Source: Hydrolagus colliei (lineage: Eukaryota). From it: a stretch of 64,000 bases of DNA. Shown here piece by piece: positions 51,833-62,925 of this stretch (within the stretch, counting starts at the first letter, position 1; every line of letters starts with the position of its first letter). The notes beneath the pieces are model-generated. The model searched no databases. It saw nothing but the letters and a program-made list of their open reading frames with translations, and was not told the DNA's origin. The stretch is taken from the NCBI GenBank assembly GCA_035084275.1, contig CM068742.1:128340001-128404000 (forward strand), in the 5' to 3' direction. The position numbers and the translations under genes were made by a program.

Positions 51833-52184
51833 GTAAGGCATGAATAGCTTCCCATACATTATTCTGACAATGTGTCTCAGCAGTAAACTCAGAAGAGTAT
51901 TCCTGCTGCACCAGAGCAGTATTTTGAAGTCCGCACTCGCTCGGCTCTTCAGGTGCAAATGATCAAGTCAGGCCTAACATTCAGGGCAGTGGGCATTGAT
52001 ATTGAATTGCTTTCAGTCAAAAGGAGATTCAGAGTGGACCAAATCCAGGTAATTTTGCAACATCAACGCAGAGTTCCAGCTTGTTTTGTGAGTTCCTTGT
52101 CTTGGCGCGGGTGAAGTTCATGAAACAAAGTTGTGAAACTCAGCGAGTATGCTTCTAACCACTTGAAGTGATGTTGTACCGGTT

Positions 52185-52332
52185 TCCTAGATCATTATTT
52201 GGGGAGGACAAATTTGCAGGGCTATGGGAAGAGAGCAGGGGAGTGGGATTGATATGGACAGCCTTTTTCAAAGAACTGGCACAGACACATTGGGCCGAAT
52301 GGCCTCCTGCTGTGCTGTATAATTCTATGATT
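52185..52332 (+). mobile_element. CR1 3' tail
   Basis: GGGCTATGGGAAGAGAGCAGGGGAGTGGGATTGA..GGGCCGAATGGCCTCCT..ATAATTCTATGATTC. Confidence 0.85.
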
Positions 52333-52799
52333 CCTGATTGGGGGGTTGAAGGCACCAGCCCAGCAGAGCTCTGAGCCTGTTTCAATATAATGTACATACT
52401 TGACTCAGTTTATTGTGGGAATCTGCCAGTCTAAAGGGAGTTAGACTTTGACCGTTAAATGTGTGGAGTGTTTTCATCAAGTTCATAGATATAACAATGA
52501 AAGAGAGGAGAGAGCAGATTGCTGGACTCACAAGGGAAGAAATTGCATTAGTGGAGACATGGACTGAAATAACCTCCCTGTGTTAGGCAGACAGCGTAGC
52601 GCAGGGGAATGCCAGGCAGTGAGGCCAGATGGACTTTTAATCACATATTCCAGACCTCACATTCGGATTACTGTGGGGCGAAAAATGTGGCATTTCCAAA
52701 GATTCATTGTGAGTATGTTGAATCTAGTGTGCAACATTGCGTTTTTAAAATCTATTCTAAAGGACCAATACTTTAGGAAGTATCGTGACAATAGAACAG

Positions 52800-53000
52800 A
52801 GGACATAGATTTAGATTTAGAACAGATACGAGGAAGCTTTTACTTTACACGGAGGGTATTCAATGACTGGAACAGATTGCCAGGAAAGGTGGGAAAAGGA
52901 CAGGATACTAGTTTCATTTAAAAAGCAGCTTGATCCATCATTGGGTGAATGGTAGGATAGATGTTTTGGAGGCATCAGAGATCCCTTTTCATCCAAACCA
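52800..53000 (+). mobile_element. CR1 3' fragment, degraded
   Basis: FYFTRRVFNDWNRLPGKV. Confidence 0.65.
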
Positions 53001-54614
53001 ATCTTGTGTGATCGTGTAACTAATCTTGTGAACAGGCCCCTCTCACAACTCATGTTTGTTCCAAGGCCCAATTTGTTCAGGCTACCTACTAGGATAGTAT
53101 TTGAAGATTACTAAGATAGTAATCTTACATCTCTCACACAAGAGTCTAATTTTTAACCATGTTTCATGGGAAACCAGTTGAGTTAAGCTGGCATCTTATT
53201 GTCTCCTCAAACATTGATTTGATTGAGAGCAACACAGTAATTTAGAAATGAAGCCTAGTCATGAAATCAAGGCTGGGTGAAATACTCAAAAATACGGTCA
53301 CTCCATTTCACAATAAAATCCTGTGAAGCACTTTGAGACATGCTTCCAACATGAAACATGCTATATTAGATAAAATGACTTTTTTTTCCTTCATCCATCA
53401 ACCTCTGGACTCCTATTGCCCACAACATCTCACCTCTTACATTTTTACTTCATGCCTCGAATGCTATCTCTTTGACTGCACCTATGGGCACTCCTACTCT
53501 TCATTGTAAAAATTTCCACCCCATCCTTGTAAACGTTCCAAGACCTTACCACTTGTAAAGTGAGCTTTTTTTTTGCAGGTAGTTGTTTGCTAATATTAAC
53601 ATTTTATGTATAAAGGGGTTAAATGTTATGAAGATTGACACTAGTGTTCATTTTATACAACCCCCTGCCACCCTCTTTAGCTCCCCACCCGCAACCAGGC
53701 ACCCAGTCATTCCTCCATCTTGAACGATGTTATATAAATCTAAACTGTTGCTAAGACCTATGGAGATCCAGGCTCAATGTTAAAATTGAATTCAACAATT
53801 TGCAAAATTCTGGACTCTATAAAATGCTACATTCATAGAGTAATTGTGGGCCTGGGTGGAATTTCTTTCAGCAGGATCAAAACACAAAAGTACTGGATTG
53901 TGACTTTGGGAAAGAGAAGGCTTCAGTTTGCTCAAAGTCAATGTAAAATCCTTGCGGCCACTTCTGAACCCTTTGTTCTGTGTAGGAGCTACTGCTGTGA
54001 AGCAAACAAAACTGAGGCAAGCACTGAAAATAAATTGTAAAGTCTCATAGAAATAGCTTGTTAAAAAATGTCCTTACGGGACCAATAGACTCAAAGCTGT
54101 AAGTTTATTTTAGTACACTGGGGTCCATTGCTTTTCCTTGTGTCAAAACATTCCCTTGCATGTTAAAACTCCTGATAAATCATACATTTTTACCTTACTG
54201 GATGTTGTTACTTTATTGGCAAAATTAACTGTTTAACCACCTGCCTCTTCCAAGAAAATGGTGCTGATATAAAACTTTAATTTACCTTTAATAACTGTCA
54301 TATCTCTTGTTTGACTGTGCTTCCAGTCATCTTTTGCCTCCCCACTGCCCTTGATACCTACCTTCAGGTTGAGTGCCAATCCAGCACAGCAATGCACTTT
54401 GAAATATTTTCCCTACATGAAAAGCAATTAACACATTCTAAACTGTACTCTACTTTCTATGTGGGAATACATGATGAGTAAAGTTTTATCCTGAACATGC
54501 CCTGATCAGCGATTTTGTTATTGTTGTACTAACTAGATAATAGTCTTAATAGATAATTATCATTGCATTTGATATAATGCCTTAAAATGTCATCCAAATC
54601 TCTCAATATGCTTT

Positions 54615-55243
54615 ATATTTATAAATAGGGGTATAGAGTACAAAAGTCAGGAAGTGCTGACTAACCTCTATAAAACTTTGGTGAGGCCTCAGCTGGAATA
54701 CTGTGTTCAATTCTGGTCACCACACTACAGAAAGGATGTGAAGACATTGGAAAGGGTACAAAGAAGATTTACTAGGATGGTGCCAGGATTGAGGGACTTC
54801 AGCTATGAGGAGAGGCTAGATAAGATAGGGTTATTCTCTCTGGAGCAGAGAAGATTGAGGGGAGACCTAATAGAGGTTTATAAGATCATGAGGGGTTTCG
54901 ACAGGGCAAATAGAGAAAAACGATTTCCACTCGTGGGCGAATCTGTGACTCGTGGTCACAGATTTAAAATAGTTTCAAGGTGAAGTAGAGGGGAGCGGAG
55001 GAGAATTTTTTTCACTCAGCGAGTTGTTCGAATCTGGAATGCATTGCCTGAAAAGGTGGTGGAGGCTGATTCGATAACAACTTTTAAAAGGGAATTAGAT
55101 CTTTATTTAGGGAGAACAGGTCTATTAGGCTATGGGGAGCGGGCAGGGCAGTGGGATTGAATCGCTCTTTTCAAAGAGCCGGCACAGACTAGATGGGCTG
55201 AATGGCCTCCTTTTGTTCCGTAAAATTCTATGAATCTATGAAT
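54615..55243 (+). mobile_element. Young 5'-truncated CR1 (ORF 54654-54983 plus 3' UTR and tail)
   Basis: LYKTLVRPQLEYCVQFWSPHY..LFSLEQRRLRGDLIEVYKIM..TRGHRFKI; tail ATTCTATGAATCTATGAAT. Confidence 0.97.
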
Positions 55244-55249
55244 ATGTGT

Positions 55250-55645
55250 GTCATCATGGCTCAGCTGGTTGCATTCTCATCTCTGTACTCAAAACAGGTT
55301 GATCCTCTCTAGATTTTCCAAAACAGTGATTGCCATGATTCTGTTTGTCAAGTAAAATTGCCCACTTAAGTCACTCTTTAGGTTAGTCATGAAACCAAGG
55401 TTCCATCTGACATTTCAAGTGAAAAATTAAAGATTTTGAAACGAGAATGTAGTTTTTCACGGTATCCTTGTCAATAATCCATACAAGAAGTTGGTCATTC
55501 ACTTCATGGTTGTTTGTGGAACATTGCTGTATGCAAATTGGCTGCTACATTTGCCTCCACATTGACTATACTTTATTGAAAACAGTGTGAAGCACTTTGA
55601 GATAATTCAAAGTGATAAGGTACGACTGTATATCAAATCCAAAGA
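55250..55645 (+). mobile_element. Old DeuSINE
   Basis: ATGGCTCAGCTGGTTGCATTCTC head; GTTTGTGGAACATTGCTGTATGCAAATTGGCTGCTACATTTGCCT. Confidence 0.7.
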
Positions 55646-56559
55646 TTTGTTTCCCTATAAATCATGAATCAAGGGGTCAAATTCTACCAAGTTAAATTGT
55701 ATCATTTTTTGCCTCAAATCAGTAGAAAAATGTTTAACGTTTCATTATGTATTGTAGCATTGGTTGGTGCTGTAATAAATCTTTAAACTGTGCCATGCTG
55801 CTGTAATACCAAACTCTGGCTGCTGGTGGCACTGCTCAGAAGCTATTCTGAGGAATCAGGCATGAGGGAAAAAAACTGAGGCCATTCGGTCTGCTGTCTT
55901 CATTGTCCATTAGAAACCCTACCTTGATATAGACTTCACTGTATGTGCTCTATCATCAACAGGGAGCTCCGTATTGACATTTTAATTACTCAAATAGAAA
56001 TTCCGTACTATCATAACAACTTCCTCATCCATGGTCCAGTGTCATGGTCTCAATCAGCTTTCTTGGCAACCTGTTCCAGTGGTTGATAACTTTCTGAATA
56101 AAAAAAATCTTCCTTGTGTGTCCTGAAATTGCTCTTTACAACTCTCAACCTTCTTGTTGCATCAGTTTAGATTCAACCGTCGACTCATTTTTCTGCAAAA
56201 CAGAGCCCTTGCTTGGGGTCATCTTCCATTTTAGGCATTTGTTGCATGGTTCGGGTCGTACCGCACATTTAAGATATTCAGATTGCTTTCCTGTTATACA
56301 TTGTGTACTTTTTACATACATGTCCACATTGGGATCTATGTAACCATTCCAAAGTGCATTTTAAATAATAAAGTTGAACTGAAGGAAACAGTTCTCCACA
56401 TCAACAGTGCAGATAGAACCATGAGTCAACCACAGGCAACACTTCAAAAATAACAAACAGGTTTGCTTTTTCTTCCGTTTCCTTCTTTAGAAAGTATTCC
56501 CATAATTGCTGGTGGTAAAACAACCTTAATTTGAACCACTTAGTGTTATCCAGGTAGGA

Positions 56560-56845
56560 ATTTGTGCTTAAACCTACCAAGCTCTTGTCTGCTTATTCAG
56601 GTGGACGTTAAAGATCCTATACTACTTGTCAAAAAGGGAGGGAGATATCCCATGGTGCCCTGAACAACAACCCCCCATTTAAAATTGATGATTAAATTCA
56701 TTGTCTTTTGTGAGATAATGCTGTACATAAATTGGCTGCTACTTTCACCCACAAAACGCACAGTCACTTTTCAGTAAAATTCTGTGGAAACGCTTTCAAA
56801 TGTCTCAACTACATAATAAGGCATTATGTCAAATGTAAGGATTAA
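56560..56845 (+). mobile_element. Old DeuSINE
   Basis: TTCAGGTGGACGTTAAAGATCC..GCTGTACATAAATTGGCTGC..tail. Confidence 0.7.
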
Positions 56846-56899
56846 TCTTCATCTCAATGGATTACCTACAGCACCTGTCCTTTTAGGCTAGTGGTAGAA

Positions 56900-57260
56900 T
56901 AACTTTTGGGGATTTCAAGGGCTGCTTTGAATGATGGCTGAATCGAAATCTGCCTGCTGAGTGTGTTACAAATGCAAATCAAATCAACAGCTGGCATAAG
57001 GGTTCTGATCTGATCATGTGGAGTTCTCCGACAGTCTAATTGTTCTGATTTATGGTTATCATTCTTACTTGATGTGTGAGCGTGCAAGCAAGCAGTTCCA
57101 ATTAATGGATTTTCAATTAAAGTGACTTTGAAAGCCCCGCTGATTTAAATGGCAGCGTAAAACGCAATGCTGTCACCGGCAATTTGGGGATGAGAGTGCA
57201 AAGCTCCCCTTCTGTATTAGTCAGTCAGTCAAATCACACACAGAGCAGCTGACATGCTCT
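56900..57260. promoter_or_regulatory. Putative developmental enhancer / conserved non-coding element
   Basis: ATGCAAAT 56972-79, CAGCTG 56988-93, TGATTTATGG 57046-55, TTAATGG about 57102, CTTTGAA 57126-32, CTGTCA 57170-75, all in non-repeat DNA. Confidence 0.4.
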
Positions 57261-58009
57261 TAAGTTAGCTTCCTGGAGCTATTCAGTTTTTCCTCTTTCG
57301 GAACCTTTTTGTTGTTAGCAAGGTAAATATTTAGATGATGACTGCCAGTTTTTTGACACGATCGAATCAAACTTTCTCGCTGCTCCTTCAGATATGGATT
57401 GATGTGCTGCGGGAGCCACTCGACCTTCCATCGTGCCAACTTTGTCAAATGGCTCTTCAAAATCAACCTATTGAGTGCCCTCAGATGGGATGAGTAATGT
57501 TATAGCAGAGTTTTACTACTTACGTGACACTGAGCTCAAACAAAATTGATGGCTCTTTTTTCACCTCCAAGCTGAAGCTTTTGTTATTTTTATTTTATTC
57601 ATAGTGCAGGACTAGTTTCACTGTTCATCTGAACTTTCCTCTCATCCCTCTAAAGCCCCTTTATTCCTCTTTGTAGATACTCACTTGTGTTCAAATTGGA
57701 GGTCAGTACAACATCTCCTATTCTAACTCATTATCTTTGCAGCATCTCAAAGTTTGACTTTCTTACTTCCCCCAGTGGTCTCTTCTTTCTACAATCTGAC
57801 AGATTGGAATCAATCAATCTATCAATCAATCAATCATCACCTAATTACTGTTTTATATTTTATGTCTTCTGCTGTCCTACTCTGTTTTCTCGTCCCATCT
57901 CTCAACAAAAATAATACTTGTATTTTATATGGTACCTTTCATATTGCGGGGAATGACTTAAAGTGTTTCACAGGATGAGGCTAGAGTGAATAACTAAAGT
58001 AACTAAAGT

Positions 58010-58355
58010 GCAACAACAATACCTTACATTTGTATAGCACCCTTCGTGCAGGGTAATATCATGGAGCGGTTGTGCACATAGCAATGTTCCATAAACAGCC
58101 ATGAAGTGAACAATTAATTTTATTTGGGGAGATATTAGCCAGCAGAAGCTCCCTTGTCTTTCTGAATCATGCTATGCTTAACTTTAATATCTGCCTGCAC
58201 AGGATGTCATTGTCTCACCTGAAGGACGGCATCTCTATTAATGCAGCACACCCTGGCACTGTTATCCAGCCTAGACTTTATGATTTCAGAGTCCTGGTGT
58301 GGAGATTGAACCCACAACCTTTGGGGCAAAGCCGTGAGTGCAATCAGCTGAGTCA
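58010..58355 (-). mobile_element. Old DeuSINE
   Basis: TTGTGCACATAGCAATGTTCCATAAACAGCC..CTCACCTGAAGGACGGCATCTC..TTGAACCCACAACC. Confidence 0.7.
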
Positions 58356-58365
58356 GTCTGCTAGT

Positions 58366-58388
58366 CTCTCTCTCTCTCTCTCTCTCTC
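58366..58388. repeat. (CT)n microsatellite
   Basis: About 11-12 CT units. Confidence 0.9.
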
Positions 58389-60252
58389 TTTGGTCTGTCT
58401 CCTACAACATTGGGCATGGAAGGGGAGGTTTGGTTAAACTAAATTTGATTTTTAAATTGAGTAGGCAATAAATTTAGATATCTTGGAACCCATGAACAGC
58501 TATCACACACATTCTCTCACACCATTTACAGGATGGACAAAATTATATTTGACAGGAAAGGTAATGAGAACTGGATGGAGCTGTGGATTAGCAAATTACA
58601 CTATAAGCTCTGGACCTGGGTTCAGATTCTGTACAGTGAATGAGATGAAAGTCTTTAACTCCTGGTTAGAATGGGATTGGGTATAATGGGTTGGAGAAGT
58701 TTTCACCCATTTCCTTGCGAGCGCAGACCTTCGGGGCCTGACATTTTTATGCCCCTGACAAATGTGAGAAGAACAGTGAAGAAAATAACATCTTGGAGCA
58801 TCCCATCGTTCCGAGGTGCTATTTGCGAGAAATAGCAATTACTATTCCATTTGGGCTAATGAATCAGCCATTGTTGCTAACCTGCAATAATGAGTGTTTT
58901 ACAGTTCCAAGGTGGCTAACGAGACCCTTGAGCTCTATAAAATCCAGAGAGTCTACAAATCCAGCTGTGGAGTATGGCATTTCTGCAGTTGGATGGCAGT
59001 GTTGTTAATGACATCTCGTATCCCTGGGCGAGTGACAGTGTGCAACGAAATTCTAAGCCTGTAGTGACAGTGTTAGCAGAGACATCTGGCACTGCTGCAG
59101 GTACATAAGGATTTAGTTACAGATGCACTTAGTGTCCTACTGCGCCCCCTCAGAATGGCCCTAGTTGGTGGTGTAGCCATCCTCTATTGCTGCTCCGTGA
59201 CTAGGGAAGGGGAACAACTGCACAGCCATTAAGGAGATGTTCACAAGATACACAAAGGTAAGCCCGAAAGCTGAGCATGCTGGCTTCTATCAATATACAA
59301 TTCAATAGATGGTGTTTTAATTTTAATATGTCTTGCAAGCATCAAATAAAGGGTCAGACATACAAAATGGCAAACAAAGAGAAGATATCTGTAGCAAAAA
59401 CATGGAGATATCAAATAGCATATCTGTGGCTAGATATGCCCATATGTTAATATCAGTGCCTGTCCAATGTTGATTCTTTATTTTTTTTCCCTTTTATTAA
59501 AATACCATTGGAAATAAATACAGAATGCCCTGTTCTATCTGCTTCACAAGGCAGGGAACCTTGCAAGATCACTTTTGCAATGATCTTCACAATAAACTAG
59601 ATTGTGTGTCTTTTCTGACCTCTCCTTTTCATTAAGGATTTTAACCTGGTAGACTACTGTAAACACAACTTCCTCCCCCCCTCCAAGGATGCAGAGGTAC
59701 TTCGTGTCTGGAGGACCAGACACTCTCACAACAAAACAAGCCTTTATTCCGAACTTCTCTCCGCACTAAAATTCAGGAGGACATCATGAGATATCACTAC
59801 AATTGATAAGGAACTGCAGCGAGTCGGTAAAAATAGGGTCGAGAAAAGGTTATCTTATTTCTTAAAGCTGCACCATCTCTGCTTAATTCTTGACACACAA
59901 TTTTCCGCTGACAAAGTTTGTGAATCCTGACCTGTTCACTCCACTAAAGTTGGTGTCTTAAAAGCACTCTATTGATGGAGTAAACACTTATAGAAGCTAC
60001 CCTGCGTGAAGGGCTGTATATAAAATCAAAGTTGTTCTGGATGAGTAAAAGTTGTGAGGTTGTTGGCAGAAGTGTCCACTAGTGGAAACAACATTTTGTC
60101 CAGGAGCTTACTCTCCAGTACTCTCTGGTCTGTGGCAAAGTCTTGTGATGTTCAAAGGATTTCCTTTTTGGAATTCGCAAGTGTCTGCAGTAGGTTAAGC
60201 CATTACAATGCTTTTAAGACACCATTTGTTTCTAACATTAGTGACAATAGCA

Positions 60253-60625
60253 GAGTCCTGTTCCTTAGTGGTTAAAGTATTCACCTCGCAAGTGAAAGGA
60301 CCTGGGTTCGATTCCCAGGCAGGCCGAAATGTTGGGCAAGTTTCCTTACTCCACACACCTCTGTTCGCCTAGCAGTAAGTAGGAACATGGTTGTTAGTCG
60401 ATTGGTGGATCATTTTCCCAGGGCTAATAATCCCTTCAAAAAGCAATGATAATAATTTGGTCCCTCAATCCACAACTTTTTGTCGGACACTGCTGTGCAC
60501 AATTGGCTGTCGTGTTTTGCCCACAATATGGACAGTCAATTCACTTTACAGTATATACTTTGAAGCGCTTTGAGATATCTTGAAGACATGATGGAGTGCT
60601 ATATTAAGTACAAGGATTATTATGA
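60253..60625 (+). mobile_element. SINE, long form, full length (best copy)
   Basis: Head with GGTTCGATTCC B-box; TTGGGCAAGTTTCCTTACTCCACACACCTCTGTTCGCCTAGCAGTAAGTAGG; Deu part; tail. Confidence 0.92.
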
Positions 60626-61044
60626 TGATATCAAAGCAATGGGAACATCATCCCCTGATTGTCTGCAAATTGTTGTTCAACTGGACAGCTCAGTCAGTGA
60701 GGTAGCACCACACCTGAGAATTGGCTGTTATTCTAGCAGTGGTCGGTGGTCTACTGAGGTTTGAGGTTAATTAGCGGATTCTGGGTATGGAGCAGAGCAA
60801 GGGTCACTCATGATGTCCATGCTTTACTTGAAGTGGGAGTGTTGCATCTCGTCATAGGGAACTGAGCTTTGAACTGTAGAGCTTGGCTCAATAAAGCAAA
60901 TGTAGGTAAATCTATGAGGAACTGCTGAAAAACAGTATTAAAGTGGTAAGGAGGAACAGAGAAATTCAGCAACAAAATAATACCAGCGTTGCAGCAGAAT
61001 GTAGAGAGAGAAATTAGAACCAATAATCTAAGTGTTTCTTATGT

Positions 61045-61366
61045 TATAATAATAATAATTCTTGCATTTACTATAGTGCTTTTCACGTCTTCCAGACGTT
61101 TGAAAGCACTTCACAGAATATACTGTCAAGTTAATTGACTATATATTTGTGGACAAAACGCAGCAGCCAATTGCGCGCAGCAGTGTCCCACAAACTGTCA
61201 TGGATTGAAATGACCAATTATTATTGTGGTGTTTTTTGAGGGATTATTACTATTAGGCATGTGGAGTAAGGAAACTTGCCCAAGGTTTCATCCTAACCTG
61301 CGTGGATTCAAACACAGGTCTCACGCTTGTAAGGCGAGTGCTCTAACCACTGAGCTACAGGACTCC
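61045..61366 (-). mobile_element. SINE, short form, full length
   Basis: (TAA)n tail through CACTGAGCTACAGGACTCC. Confidence 0.93.
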
Positions 61367-61424
61367 CCAGGTTATGTGGAGTCCTGCAGCATTTCTCCCA
61401 GTCAGTCTCCTGGCCACCAAACAT

Positions 61425-61990
61425 TTAGAGTCCTGCAACTCTGCTGTTAGAACACTCCCCTCACTAGCGAGAGCACCCAGTTTTGATCCGTAGGCATGGC
61501 AAACCTTAGGCTACAACAACTACTTGCATTTTAGTAGCACCATCCATGCAGGGTGACATTCCAGAGCATTTAACAATGGCAGAGCCTGATGCCAAGCCAT
61601 GGGTGGGGAAAGGTGACCATAGGCACAGTCAAAGGGGTGCCTTCAGGTGCAACCTGAAAATGGGTAAGTGGCTTCAAGACGAAGGGATTGAGAGGAAGCA
61701 AGCTCACTGACTCCACAATCCTCTGTTTACATAGCAGTAAGTAGGAACCCAGTTGTTAGTCAATTGTTAGATTGCTTTCTGGGGTAATCATCCCTTTAAA
61801 TAAAAACTAATAATAATTTGGTCACTTAATCCATGATTGTTTGAGTGACACCGTTGTGCGCAATTGATTGCTGCATTTTCATCAACAAAGTATATACAGT
61901 TAATTCACTTTACAGTATTATTCTGTAAAACATTATGATATCACAATTATGTGATAAAGCACTGTATCAAATGTAACGATTATTACAATA
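61425..61990 (+). mobile_element. SINE, long form, split by a minus-strand L2 3' fragment (about 61511-61705)
   Basis: Head to AAACCTTAGGC, then ACAACAACTACTTGCATT.., resuming ACTCCACAATCCTCTGTTTACATAGCAGTAAGTAGGAACC. Confidence 0.75.
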
Positions 61991-62174
61991 ATAATAGATA
62001 ATGATAATTATTACAAGAATTTGGAAGCTGCCTTCATTCGCCATGACTGAATCACCCGCCTCCCACTGCCCCACCTTCCACACCACACACACTCCCTGCC
62101 GGTGTCCAGATATTTTTCACTTAATTACAAAGTAAATGCCAGACACAATAAGTACAATTTACTTGCAGCACAGC

Positions 62175-62440
62175 AGCAACAACAACAACAACTTGGATTT
62201 ATGTAGCTCCCTCCAGGTCAGGTGGCATCTCAGAGCGCTTCACAAAGCAGAGCCCAGGGCCGAGCCATGGGGAGAGGCGAACGGTGAACATGTTGCACGG
62301 TCCAACAGAAAAGTCTTCAGGCAAGATCTGAAAATGGGAAAGGAGGGGGCGAGGTGAAGGGAATGAGGGAGGGAGTTCAGAGCTTCGGGGCGTAGTGGCT
62401 GAAGGCACGGCTGCCAATGGAGGAACAGAGGATTCGGAGG
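62175..62440 (-). mobile_element. L2 3' fragment
   Basis: (CAA)n CTTGGATTTATGTAGC..CGTAGTGGCTGAAGGCACGGCTGCC. Confidence 0.85.
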
Positions 62441-62507
62441 AAAATCCTTAAATTATAATGTTTCAGTTGTGTAAGAACTTTTCTGTCATTCCACCAACAT
62501 ATAGATA

Positions 62508-62925
62508 TCAGCCTGGCTCAATTGGTAGCACTCTGACCTCTGAGTCAGAAGGACCTGGGCTCAAGCCACACATTGGGACATTGAACAGTCCCATCTGACA
62601 CTACTGTGGACCTGGGGTATACTACATTGTCAGAGATGCCATTCTGTAGCTAAATGTTAGAATGTTATATGTCTGCCTGTTTAGATTTGACATACCATGG
62701 GATTTGTAATTATTCAAAAAGGAACGAGTTTCTCCATGTGTCCAGTTCAACAATCTCACATTAATATTGGTGCTTCACTTCATGGCTGTTTTGGGGCCAT
62801 TGCTGTGTGCACATTGACTGTCTTTTTGCCTGCACATGAAGTCAATACACATTACATTAAATCCTGTGAAACACTTTGAGATTTTCTCTCGACTTGAAAG
62901 CCACTATATCAAATAAAGAATTATT
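62508..62925 (+). mobile_element. SacSINE1-like DeuSINE, near full length
   Basis: TGGCTCAATTGGTAGCACTCTGACCTCTGAGTCAGAAGG head, Deu body, L2-type tail. Confidence 0.8.

Noticed and set aside
57260-57490. Open frames on both strands beside the enhancer-like block
   Set aside because: No recognisable protein and no coherent acceptor-donor pair.
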